From an uncultured Alphaproteobacteria bacterium (GTDB lineage Bacteria > Pseudomonadota > Alphaproteobacteria > Rs-D84), in contig CALXMY010000002.1 in NCBI GenBank assembly GCA_944389595.1, positions 150,338-214,337 on the forward strand: a DNA stretch of 64,000 bases, given 5' to 3'. A model generated the notes under the pieces. The model made no database searches. It saw only the letters and a program-made list of their open reading frames with translations, and was not told the DNA's origin. Both the position numbers and the translations under genes were made by a program. Below, piece after piece: positions 1-9,185 of the stretch (position 1 is the stretch's first letter; every line of letters begins with the position of its first letter).

Positions 1-724
1 ATATTAAATTATAATGTTCGTCACCTGTTTTGTCGGATAATGGGGCGCGTTTCTGTATGGCGGAATCTAACGCATCGGGGGATAATTTCTTTTTAAAATT
101 TGCATTTGTTAAATATTCAATGGTGTTTAATAAAAATCGTGCATCGCCATCGGCCATTTGCGCCAAATGCAGACGCGCGGCATCATCCAATGGTAATTTT
201 TTATTTAAAAATTTTTCGGCACGTGACATCAGTGTCATTAAATCTGATGTCCCCAGTGGTTGTAATACGCCGACATGGCATCGTGATAATAACGCATTGT
301 TTAAATTAAAACTGGGGTTTTCGGTGGTGGCACCCATGAACACCACTGTTCCATCTTCGAGATAGGGTAACAATGTATCCTGTTGTGTTTTATTGAACCG
401 GTGAATTTCGTCGATAAACAATAATGTTCCACGGCCAATCTCACGATTCATACGTGCGGCCTCCATCGCCTTTTTGATATCCGATGTTCCTGAAAATACC
501 GCAGACATTGGTACAAAATCCATATCAACCGATTTGGCCAATGCGCGCGCAATTGTCGTTTTGCCGCATCCCGGTGGGCCCCATAAAATCAGATTTGATA
601 ATTTATGATTATCAACCATTCGCCGAACCAATCCGTTTTCGCCCAATAATTGTGATTGACCCACAATTTCATCAATTGTTGATGGGCGCATTAAATCAGC
701 CAATGGTCTGTTTTCTGATTGCAT
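1..724 (-). CDS. rarA: Replication-associated recombination protein A (AAA+ ATPase RarA/MgsA), C-terminus runs off window start
   Basis: Reverse-strand translation MQSENRPLADLMRPSTIDEIVGQ...LWGPPGCGKTTIARALA (Walker A)...LFIDEIHRFNK (Walker B); ATG at 722-724. Confidence 0.85.
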   Translation of the reverse strand, partial: MQSENRPLADLMRPSTIDEIVGQSQLLGENGLVRRMVDNHKLSNLILWGPPGCGKTTIARALAKSVDMDFVPMSAVFSGTSDIKKAMEAARMNREIGRGTLLFIDEIHRFNKTQQDTLLPYLEDGTVVFMGATTENPSFNLNNALLSRCHVGVLQPLGTSDLMTLMSRAEKFLNKKLPLDDAARLHLAQMADGDARFLLNTIEYLTNANFKKKLSPDALDSAIQKRAPLSDKTGDEHYNLI

Positions 725-802
725 TTTATTGTTTTACTTGCGTTTTATTTAGTCTTTATTTGTGATATAATAAATCTTAGTAAATAAACATGGGGTTTTC
801 AA

Positions 803-1177
803 TTGGTAAGTGTAAATAAAGATTCGTCTGAATTTGCATTGGCGGTGGCGAATTTGGCCGCTGCGGCAATTGCGGCCAATCCGGCATTAAGCATGGACGA
901 TGCTGTGCGTGCCGCACGTGAAAGTTTGTGTGGCGTGTCGGTTAGTCCGCAACAAATTGCTGCGTCGGTTCAACCTGATAAAATTCAATGTCTGGAGGAT
1001 GGCACATGGCATGTCATGCTGCGGCGATATGTGCGTCGGAAATTTAATATGACACCGCAACAGTACAGAAAAAAATGGGGTTTGGGTGACGATTACCCAT
1101 TTGTTGCGCCGAATTATTCGCTGCGACGATCAAAAATTGCAAAGAAAACAGGACTGGGCAAAAAAAGGAAAAACTAA
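803..1177 (+). CDS. mucR: Ros/MucR family transcriptional regulator (TTG start)
   Basis: C-terminal ...CLEDGTWH...MTPQQYRKKWGLGDDYPFVAPNYSLRRSKIAKKTGLGKKRK matches the conserved Ros/MucR zinc-finger/C-terminal signature. Confidence 0.65.
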   Translation: MVSVNKDSSEFALAVANLAAAAIAANPALSMDDAVRAARESLCGVSVSPQQIAASVQPDKIQCLEDGTWHVMLRRYVRRKFNMTPQQYRKKWGLGDDYPFVAPNYSLRRSKIAKKTGLGKKRKN

Positions 1178-3108
1178 TGGCAGAAAAATTTCGAAAAGTT
1201 GTTGCAACTCCGGAACAGGCGACCGCAAAATTACGCAAAATAATTGAAAAAACGCATCCAGAAAAATATGTACGTGCACGTCGTACGGAAAAAAATGCTG
1301 ATGGTACGACTGGTCGATTTCCGGAATTAAATGATACCGTCGCAATTATGGGACTGGGGACGGCAAAATGGACTGCCTGGTTGGCGGCGGGTGGTGCCCA
1401 GTTTTTATTAACTTTGGCGCGGTGGATGACGATGGATAATGTGTTCCTGCGAAAAATGGAAAATCATTTCGCTGGGCGAAATGCTGGCAAACGGCGAAAA
1501 ACAACAAAATTATCGGCAATTGCAAAAAAGTATCCGAACGCATCGGCACATATTTTATGGTGGTTGGGATTGGCCGCGGTCGCAGGTGGTGGTTATTTTG
1601 GGACAGAAATCGCACCCGAAGTAATTACCCAGGTTAAAGAGTGGCAGAATGCGCGCGATGCAGAACGCTGGGCCGAGCAAGAAGCCCAGGGTACATATCG
1701 TGCGTTTTTAAATAAAATACGTCCGATTACACCGTTTATAATTGCTGATTTGATTGCCAAAGAAGGTGTGCATTTGGATGAACACGGACTGCATAAACCA
1801 TACCGGGATTCCAAGGGCGTGGCAACAATCGGATTTGGATCAACTGTGTTAAAAGATGGCAGTCGGGTTACAATGGATACTGCACCAATCACCACCGAAG
1901 AAGCATACGAATTGGCGCGGTGGCATTTGGAAGAGGCCGAAACTTATTTCGTTCTGTATTGTTATGATGTTGGATTGCAAAATGTAAATGTTAATACAAC
2001 CAGTGAAGCGTTTGGTATGAGTTCAATTATGTACAATACGTACGCTGATATAATTGAAAAACCAGACGATGAAAATTATCAAAACAGATTTGGTGAATTA
2101 AGAAAATTGCTGGATGAATATGGATATGCCGTGTCTGATGAACAAGTGCGACATGTGTTTGATAAATATCCCGTTACAAATTTAACCAGTTTTGGTGATG
2201 CTTGGATCAATGATTCTGATGCAAATATGATGGCTGATAAATTGGGTGAATTTTTGGCCGGTGGGCGCGGTATGCAATGGCGACGGTGGTTAGAGGCTGG
2301 ATTGCTGACCGGAAAGATAACGCCCCAGATGATGTTGGATTGTCCTGCGAATGGAATGTATGAATTTTACAAATATATGGGCAAAAAGAAGTCTGCATTT
2401 TTTACCGGTGCGGTTAATTCGCGCCAGGTTAATTTGGATACGTACGAAATATTCCAACAGTGGTTAAAAAATCCTGTGGATGAAAAGGGGCATTCACTGA
2501 CAAAGTGGAACAAAGTTGGCGATTGCCTGCCGGGCGATATATTGGCGTATTGTCAAAGTGGAGAATGCAAATTTGACAATAAAGATTTTAATAAGCATAT
2601 TGATAAACGTAAAAAAGTAGAATTGGAAACTTATACTTTGGGATATGATGCGCAGTATAAAAACGCAATCGCACAGTATAATGCGGGCGAATATGCGGGC
2701 GCGGCGCAATCTTTCCAAGATATGATAAAAAAATATCCAAACAATGCGTTGCTGCATAATGATTTGGCCGCGACTTATAACAAACTAGGTCAATATAATG
2801 ATGCTGTACAACAGGCGCGTGAAATACTGCATCGCATCGGGGATAAAAGCCAATATGCCGCGGCGCAATATAACGCAGGTGTCGCGTACGAGCAACTTGG
2901 CGATTATGACAGGGCGTTAATGAACTATAAATTATCCGTAAAAAATGGTAATTCGCGTGTGGCAAATGATGTGGCGCGTGTACAAAAAATGATAAGGGGC
3001 AAAACCATCGCGTTCCATGATGCGGCGGATAAATTAAATGTGAATGGTAAAACGTCTGGGGTTGATATAAATCAAGTCGTTAAACAATCCGGGCAAAAAC
3101 GGGTATAG
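1177..3108 (+). CDS. Membrane-anchored GH24 phage-type lysozyme-like domain protein with C-terminal TPR repeats
   Basis: Hydrophobic segment ILWWLGLAAVAGGGYF; lysozyme motif IAKEGVHL..KPYRDSKGVATIGFGST..ITTEEAYELARWHLEEA (T4L Glu/Asp/Thr-like positions); C-terminal TPR-like repeats (AIAQYNAGEYAGAAQSF...YNKLGQYNDAVQQA...); start overlaps mucR stop (TAATG). Confidence 0.55.
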   Translation: MAEKFRKVVATPEQATAKLRKIIEKTHPEKYVRARRTEKNADGTTGRFPELNDTVAIMGLGTAKWTAWLAAGGAQFLLTLARWMTMDNVFLRKMENHFAGRNAGKRRKTTKLSAIAKKYPNASAHILWWLGLAAVAGGGYFGTEIAPEVITQVKEWQNARDAERWAEQEAQGTYRAFLNKIRPITPFIIADLIAKEGVHLDEHGLHKPYRDSKGVATIGFGSTVLKDGSRVTMDTAPITTEEAYELARWHLEEAETYFVLYCYDVGLQNVNVNTTSEAFGMSSIMYNTYADIIEKPDDENYQNRFGELRKLLDEYGYAVSDEQVRHVFDKYPVTNLTSFGDAWINDSDANMMADKLGEFLAGGRGMQWRRWLEAGLLTGKITPQMMLDCPANGMYEFYKYMGKKKSAFFTGAVNSRQVNLDTYEIFQQWLKNPVDEKGHSLTKWNKVGDCLPGDILAYCQSGECKFDNKDFNKHIDKRKKVELETYTLGYDAQYKNAIAQYNAGEYAGAAQSFQDMIKKYPNNALLHNDLAATYNKLGQYNDAVQQAREILHRIGDKSQYAAAQYNAGVAYEQLGDYDRALMNYKLSVKNGNSRVANDVARVQKMIRGKTIAFHDAADKLNVNGKTSGVDINQVVKQSGQKRV

Positions 3109-3112
3109 CAAA

Positions 3113-5116
3113 ATGAAAGTATATGTAAATTATAATGATACGCGATGGCGTAAATGCAAAATTGATTTTGAACGTATTGCAAATGCGGCTGCATTGCAGT
3201 GTGGCCCCGATGCCGAGGTTTCGATTACATTAACCAATGATTCCGAAATTCATAATTTGAATCGCGAGTATCGCGGAATTGACCGACCAACAAATGTTTT
3301 ATCGTTTGAATTGGGCGATGATATTTTGTTGGGTGATATTTATATATCGTTTGATACAGTTTTGCGCGAGGCGGATGCGCAAAATATTTCGTTTGACGAT
3401 CATGTGACGCATATGGTGGTGCATGGTATGTTACATTTACAGGGGTATGATCATATAAAAAATCGTGATGCGCATCGTATGGAAAATATGGAAATAAAAA
3501 TATTGAAAAATTTAAACGTAAAAAATCCGTATATGGACGATTCCGCCGTATGCAGCGATTTATCATGTTGCCCGGGAAATAAATTTTTTACATTGTTGCA
3601 GCGCATTAAAATTCGTCCTGATGGATTTTGGCAATATGTTATTATGGCTGTTTTGGGTGCGGTTGCGGCATTGGGGTTTGCGCCATTTAATATATGGTGG
3701 GCGACATTAATTGCAATTGCGGGGGCATATAAATTAATGGTTCGTGTACCATCGCGAAATGTATGGCGGGCATTTTTGCGAATTTTACCGTTCAGTGCGG
3801 TATATGCAATTACTATGTTTTGGTGGGTTACAAATTCGATATATGTTGTGCCCGAATTGGCGGCACAGTTTGCAATATGGACGGTGCCGGCATTGATTGG
3901 AATTGGAATTGTTGGTGGAATAATATTTGCAATTCCATTTGTTATAATTTCACGTATACGCACGTTTCCGGCATGCAGACCATTTTTGTTTGCCGGCATG
4001 TGGACATTTGTTTTATGGTTGCGTGAATGGTTGTTTACCGGATTTCCATGGAATCCGATTGCAAATATAACAATGCCGATGCCGATGATTGCAAATTCTA
4101 TGTCGCTGTGGGGGGCATTGGGATTAACATTTGTAATAATTGGGCTGATTGCCACAGTGGTCGAAATATTGGGGGCACGGCGTGATAAATATTGTTGGAC
4201 GACATTGGTTATATTTATGTTATTGGTATTTTTAGGCGTGGCATGGGGACATAAAAATATACAATTATCACATCGTGTATCTGAAAATAGCCCGGTTATG
4301 CGCATAGTTCAACCCGCGCGCAGCGCATCACAAAAAGCCACACATTCACGTGCAGATGCATTACGAAATGCAACCGAAAATGTGCGCATGTTGTCCGATT
4401 TGGCCGGTGCACCCGGCAATCCGGATGTGGTTGTGTTCCCGGAAACATCGTATCCATTTGTTATTGTGGATGGTGATAATATGCCATTGGCAAAAATGTT
4501 GGGACGCGATACAGTTATTGGTGCGAATTCATATTTAAATGGAAATATGTATAATTCAATGATTGTTGCATCCCCAGATGGGGAAATAGAAACCGTATAC
4601 AGCAAATCGCATTTAGTACCATTTGGTGAATACAGACCATTTGGTGATATTATTCCAACGCCTGGCCAATTGTCGCGCGGGGCGGGTGCGACGGTTATAA
4701 ATATTGGGAATTTTTCATTTGCGCCGGCAATTTGCTATGAAATTATTTTTTCAGATTCGTTGATTCCGGTTGGCGAAAATCCGAATGCGATTATTAATAT
4801 TACAAATGATACATGGTTTGGCACAACGCCGGGTACGTACCAACATTTGGATATGGTGCGTCGTTATGCAATTGAATCGGGGCTGCCAATTGTGCGGGCG
4901 AATTATTCCGGAATCAGTGCGTTTGTTTTATCAGATGGTACAATTACATCGCAAATACCAGTTGGTCATGCAGGATACGCCGATGGTGTTGTATTTGGTG
5001 CACATATGACACTATATCGTAAAATTGGTCGTGATTGGTGGATGTTTGTTATTTTGATGTTTTCGTGTATATGCACGATTTCGCTGTATACAATACAACA
5101 GAAAAAATATTTATAA
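3113..5116 (+). CDS. In-frame fusion ORF: rRNA maturation endoribonuclease YbeY (N-terminus) plus apolipoprotein N-acyltransferase Lnt (C-terminus)
   Basis: YbeY zinc motif HGMLHLQGYDH; Lnt N-terminus FFTLLQRIKIRP (cf. E. coli FASLIERQRIRL), LFTGFPW, CN-hydrolase motifs VVFPETSYPF and ICYEIIF; no stop codon between the modules; internal ATGs at 3533 and 3644. Confidence 0.7.
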   Translation: MKVYVNYNDTRWRKCKIDFERIANAAALQCGPDAEVSITLTNDSEIHNLNREYRGIDRPTNVLSFELGDDILLGDIYISFDTVLREADAQNISFDDHVTHMVVHGMLHLQGYDHIKNRDAHRMENMEIKILKNLNVKNPYMDDSAVCSDLSCCPGNKFFTLLQRIKIRPDGFWQYVIMAVLGAVAALGFAPFNIWWATLIAIAGAYKLMVRVPSRNVWRAFLRILPFSAVYAITMFWWVTNSIYVVPELAAQFAIWTVPALIGIGIVGGIIFAIPFVIISRIRTFPACRPFLFAGMWTFVLWLREWLFTGFPWNPIANITMPMPMIANSMSLWGALGLTFVIIGLIATVVEILGARRDKYCWTTLVIFMLLVFLGVAWGHKNIQLSHRVSENSPVMRIVQPARSASQKATHSRADALRNATENVRMLSDLAGAPGNPDVVVFPETSYPFVIVDGDNMPLAKMLGRDTVIGANSYLNGNMYNSMIVASPDGEIETVYSKSHLVPFGEYRPFGDIIPTPGQLSRGAGATVINIGNFSFAPAICYEIIFSDSLIPVGENPNAIINITNDTWFGTTPGTYQHLDMVRRYAIESGLPIVRANYSGISAFVLSDGTITSQIPVGHAGYADGVVFGAHMTLYRKIGRDWWMFVILMFSCICTISLYTIQQKKYL

Positions 5117-5123
5117 GATAATT

Positions 5124-5327
5124 TTATTGTCTGTATTGTTTTAAAATCCAAACGCGAATGGCGGCGGATAAATTTGTATCTGGGGTGCGATTGTCGTCAA
5201 TATGTTCAATTATTGATGCAACGGATTTATTTTGTATATGTGCCAAATCATGCAGCGCATCAATAAATTCAGGCTCCAGTGATATACTGGTTTGGTGACC
5301 CGATAAAGATACCGATATTTTTTTCAT
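5124..5327 (-). CDS. Ribbon-helix-helix (CopG-like) small protein
   Basis: MKKISVSLSGHQTSISLEPEFIDALHDLA...LSAAIRVWIL resembles the alphaproteobacterial RHH family; start overlaps stop of upstream gene. Confidence 0.5.
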   Translation of the reverse strand: MKKISVSLSGHQTSISLEPEFIDALHDLAHIQNKSVASIIEHIDDNRTPDTNLSAAIRVWILKQYRQ

Positions 5328-5794
5328 TATATTTTCCCCGCAGCCAGGCAATCCGATAATGCGCGCCATGCATCATCATACTTGCGCAATGGGTTTAATG
5401 TTAAATTATCAATCATAAAAAAGTTGCCAAACGAATCAAAAGAAAACCAAAATAAATCATTACGGCCAAAAACCGTATGTCCACGCAGACGTGAAAACCC
5501 GATTAAATCATTGTTTATTTTTTGAATTGATGGGAATAAAAATTTTGGTCCTTCCATTGCGTCGATTGTGCCAAATATATAACCATTCCCCAGATTTATT
5601 CCATTACATTGTGTATATAAATCAATCATTTGTTGGGGTAATATTGCCGAGCGCATATGTTGTAATGTGGTATTTGCAATTGCAACAGATTGTGGTGTGG
5701 CCGGTGGCGCGCACCACGCATTTTGTTTTTTTACAAATATCATAAATTCATCATGTGTCATTTTTTTATTGTCCGTTTCCACGTGCCGCAACAA
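5327..5794 (-). CDS. SUKH (Smi1/Knr4)-like protein, immunity-protein family candidate (alternative start at 5761)
   Basis: ILPQQMIDLYTQCNGINLGNGYIFG ... GRNDLFWFSFDSFGNFFMID ... DDAWRALSDCL matches the LP..Y..fl...NGg / ...gnylcfd / ..sFeefl pattern of SMI1_KNR4. Confidence 0.45.
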   Translation of the reverse strand: MLRHVETDNKKMTHDEFMIFVKKQNAWCAPPATPQSVAIANTTLQHMRSAILPQQMIDLYTQCNGINLGNGYIFGTIDAMEGPKFLFPSIQKINNDLIGFSRLRGHTVFGRNDLFWFSFDSFGNFFMIDNLTLNPLRKYDDAWRALSDCLAAGKI

Positions 5795-6278
5795 TTTGTG
5801 CCGCGATTTGGCTTAATCGGTCAGATGTTGCATTTCCGCCATCTCCCCCCGATGTTTCGTGTGATGTGACGTACACCTTTTTCGCAGGATTGGGCAGCCA
5901 TATTGTATCCGCCCCGGATTGTTCAATTATAAATGTATCCAAACGCCACGATTGCGGGAAAGTGCGGCACATGAACAAATTATTTAATTCCAATTTGCCG
6001 CCCCATACCAATGGAACCCGGAATCGTATGGATGTGTTTTGTGGCATTGCACGTCCCATAATCAGTGCCATGAATTCGTCCTGGGTCAGGCCCATGAACA
6101 TGGCCAACTCTTCGATTGAATCGGTTAATGATTCCATAAATTCATGACATAATTTTTTATATTTTAGAAACCAATCAGAATCCACACGCGTTGGTTTTGG
6201 GCGTATTTCCATTACCGGCATATCGTTCATATGCATATCAGATAAACGCTTTTGTGCAGATTCATGACTTAATTGCAT
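5766..6278 (-). CDS. Hypothetical protein (candidate toxin partner of the downstream SUKH-like gene)
   Basis: 170-aa ORF translationally coupled on both sides; no recognisable family. Confidence 0.4.
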   Translation of the reverse strand: MQLSHESAQKRLSDMHMNDMPVMEIRPKPTRVDSDWFLKYKKLCHEFMESLTDSIEELAMFMGLTQDEFMALIMGRAMPQNTSIRFRVPLVWGGKLELNNLFMCRTFPQSWRLDTFIIEQSGADTIWLPNPAKKVYVTSHETSGGDGGNATSDRLSQIAAQIVAARGNGQ

Positions 6279-7240
6279 TACATTTTACCCATATGTGTTA
6301 TGACGGCATCGATGTATTGCGAATATGCATCAAACATACCGTCATCGTCCGGTGGTATCGGTGGATTTGGATTTTGTTCCATATATTCACGTAACTCACC
6401 CATTGAATTAAATTTTAATATATCCTGAAATTCCGATGTGTCGGCATCGGGTGCGGTTATCGCAAAAGCGTTTATGTCAATATATGTTTCGTCCAATGTA
6501 TCTGTGAATATACCGCGGAATTTTTCAACTATGTTATGCACATCGGTTGTTTTAACACCAACGCATCCAATCCATATTGTTTGTTCGGTTCCAATCGCGG
6601 TCAGGGCAATTTGAATTCCATTTACACGTGGGGATGGTTTTATAACATATCCGGCGTTTGTAAATATTTCGCGCAATTCGGGCCAATTTTCTGTTTTTGT
6701 TGGCGTTGTTTGTATCACGGGCGTGGTACCAATCGGCGCATTTTGCGTTGCGGTGTGTGTGGCGCGTGGTGGCGCAGAATATTGATTGCCCAATGCTGAT
6801 GGCATTAATCTGGGTGGGCGTGCGGATGTCGATGGTGCCATTGTTTCAGATTGGGGTGACATTTGTGCAGGGTGCGTTTCCGTTGCCGGTATTTCCAATA
6901 CAGATGCGTCATTATCGGGTAATTCGTGCGCCGCTTTTTCAATATTGTTTTTTTCATGCGTGTTTTTTGATACGCGCATAATTGGTAATCTGATACGACG
7001 GGTGCGGGGACGTAACACCATGTATAGCCCCAATATGGTTATAAAAATTGTTACCGCAATTGATACATAAAAACCATTTTTAACCGGTGTTTGCGCCGCC
7101 TGTAGCGATGCGATGTATTCCCAGTGTGCCGCGGAAAATATGTTAAACCCAAATGCGGTGTTGAACCAAAAACTGGTGGCCAGTGTTACAGCCACCACCC
7201 ATAAAATACATATTAATATGTTGTCGGTACGTATTCTCAT
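6278..7240 (-). CDS. Hypothetical membrane protein with Pro/Thr-rich linker and C-terminal globular domain
   Basis: Two N-terminal TM segments, low-complexity P/T/S/A linker, conserved-looking C-terminal approx 130 aa; first gene of a 4-gene overlapping operon. Confidence 0.45.
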   Translation of the reverse strand: MRIRTDNILICILWVVAVTLATSFWFNTAFGFNIFSAAHWEYIASLQAAQTPVKNGFYVSIAVTIFITILGLYMVLRPRTRRIRLPIMRVSKNTHEKNNIEKAAHELPDNDASVLEIPATETHPAQMSPQSETMAPSTSARPPRLMPSALGNQYSAPPRATHTATQNAPIGTTPVIQTTPTKTENWPELREIFTNAGYVIKPSPRVNGIQIALTAIGTEQTIWIGCVGVKTTDVHNIVEKFRGIFTDTLDETYIDINAFAITAPDADTSEFQDILKFNSMGELREYMEQNPNPPIPPDDDGMFDAYSQYIDAVITHMGKM

Positions 7241-7283
7241 TTGGCTTTAATTATATCATATTTATGATAAAGTAAAAAGAGTA

Positions 7284-7949
7284 ATGATTTATTCTGATGA
7301 AATTCTTGATAAGATTTATAACGCCGGATTATGGTGTGGGGCGGATAATGATTCCGCTGATTTGGCGCGTGCGGCATCAATTGCAATTGATGCGGGATTG
7401 GATATCATATCGGTGGTGCCGGATTCTGTGCCAATTTTATGGCCGTGGCTGGAAAATAAGAAAATAAAAATAATGGCCCGATTTTATTTGAATGCGGCTG
7501 ATTCGGAAAATATTTCGCACAGTGTTGAAAAAATTAACACTGCATTACGGCGTGGTGCGGATGGGGTACAGATTTTTTTGGCCCCGCGTGATTTGGATGC
7601 GTTTGTGTCGCAATTATATTTAATACGTGATGATTTATTTTTTAATCGGCATGTATATATCGGGTTTGATATTGAAAAAATAGGGCCGTTTGATTGGGCA
7701 AATGTATATGCTGCGGTGGCCAAAATGCGTGCCACGGGGGTTGTATTGGCATTGGTAACCGACAGGGGGGACAAATCTGATTTTGTTGGTCGGGTATATG
7801 CGGCAATTAATACGGCGGATGTGCCCAGGGATATTAATTTGCATTTTGTTATTGGTAAAAATCCCGCGCGTGCGGAACAGGCGGCGCGATTGGTAAAATC
7901 TGTGCGGCCCGATTTATATCAGAATTTACGTTTTTTTGTGAATGTTTAA
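7284..7949 (+). CDS. Hypothetical protein
   Basis: 221-aa ORF divergent from the 6278-7240 operon; no confident family assignment. Confidence 0.4.
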   Translation: MIYSDEILDKIYNAGLWCGADNDSADLARAASIAIDAGLDIISVVPDSVPILWPWLENKKIKIMARFYLNAADSENISHSVEKINTALRRGADGVQIFLAPRDLDAFVSQLYLIRDDLFFNRHVYIGFDIEKIGPFDWANVYAAVAKMRATGVVLALVTDRGDKSDFVGRVYAAINTADVPRDINLHFVIGKNPARAEQAARLVKSVRPDLYQNLRFFVNV

Positions 7950-8578
7950 TGTTTGATAATTAAATACCTGGGCGATTCGGTGCCGGCCTTGTTCTTTTTC
8001 TGGTATCTGGTTTGTATTGTTTCGATGTCTGGGGTGTAATATTTTAAATTCGCGGCAACAGATTGTGCGCAAATCCAATCAAAATATTCCCAATGATCGG
8101 TGCCAATAATTATTTCGCCATTTTGGGCCAGGTATTTTATTAATGTTTTTAAGAAATCGGCATTTAACAGGCGACGTTTTTCATGTCGTGCCTTGGGCCA
8201 GGGGTCGGGATGCAGAATCCAAATTTGTTCAAATTGCGAATCGGTTTGGCGCAAAAAATCACGCACATCGTCGGCAAAAATTCTGATATTTTTATATTCA
8301 TCGCGAACAGTATTCGATTCGTTTGTAATTGCCGATAATAATGATGCAACGCCATTCATAAATGGTTCTGCGCCAATTATGATTTTACCCGGGTTTTGCC
8401 GGGCAATTTCACGCAAATGTTCGCCCGCACCAAAACCAATTTCCAGTATTTTACCGGTATTTGCCGGCAAATTTGTTGGTGAAATTGTCGGTAAAATCCG
8501 GTCAATCAGCATTGTTTGACGGGCTGATAATTTTTTGCCGTGTCTGCGGCCAAATGTTCTTAATTCTTGTTTTTCCAT
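7946..8578 (-). CDS. trmB: tRNA (guanine-N7)-methyltransferase
   Basis: SAM-MTase motif ILEIGFGAGEHL and TrmB-type C-terminus. Confidence 0.8.
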   Translation of the reverse strand: MEKQELRTFGRRHGKKLSARQTMLIDRILPTISPTNLPANTGKILEIGFGAGEHLREIARQNPGKIIIGAEPFMNGVASLLSAITNESNTVRDEYKNIRIFADDVRDFLRQTDSQFEQIWILHPDPWPKARHEKRRLLNADFLKTLIKYLAQNGEIIIGTDHWEYFDWICAQSVAANLKYYTPDIETIQTRYQKKNKAGTESPRYLIIKH

Positions 8579-8624
8579 ATATTTAGTATAAAATTCAAAA
8601 GTTGATAAAACAAGGATTTATAAA

Positions 8625-9185
8625 ATGACCGATTTTCCAAAAACAATAGACTGTGGTGATTTCCGTTTGGAAAAAGTTGCGCCAACATTCGATACGGCGC
8701 GTTATCTGTTTGAATTGGTGGATTCCCAACGTGAGTATATGGCCCAGTGGTTGGGATGGGTGGATAAGTCAAATTGCCCAGAAGATATGTATCCGCATTT
8801 GTTGAAGTCTTCTGAAATCACGACATCGAATTACTATATCATTATGGATGGTAAAATTGTCGGTTCGATTGATTTCGTAAGAATGGATAAAAACCATAAA
8901 ACGGCCGAGATTGGGTATTGGTTATCGCGCGATTATAATGGGCGTGGAATTGTGACGCGTGCGGTGCGTGCAATGGAAAAATTGGCGTTTGATATGTTGG
9001 AAATGCGCCGGGTGGAAATTCGCGCGGATGTGCGTAATAAAAAATCATGTGCGGTGGCCGAACGCGCCGGATACGTGTATGAAGGTGTCTTGCGTGGCGC
9101 GTATATTTTGCGCGACGAGTCAACTGATGTTGCGGTGTATTCAAAATTAAAATCAGAATGGGAAAAGGAAAATAAAAATGCGTAA
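8625..9185 (+). CDS. GNAT family N-acetyltransferase (RimJ/RimL-like)
   Basis: Acetyl-CoA binding region RGIVTRAVRAMEKLAFD...; approx 186 aa. Confidence 0.6.
   Translation: MTDFPKTIDCGDFRLEKVAPTFDTARYLFELVDSQREYMAQWLGWVDKSNCPEDMYPHLLKSSEITTSNYYIIMDGKIVGSIDFVRMDKNHKTAEIGYWLSRDYNGRGIVTRAVRAMEKLAFDMLEMRRVEIRADVRNKKSCAVAERAGYVYEGVLRGAYILRDESTDVAVYSKLKSEWEKENKNA

Noticed and set aside
3451-4305. 284-aa minus-strand ORF inside lnt
   Set aside because: It is antisense to the strongly supported Lnt domain with its conserved catalytic motifs. Its composition is an antisense artefact of a hydrophobic membrane-protein gene.
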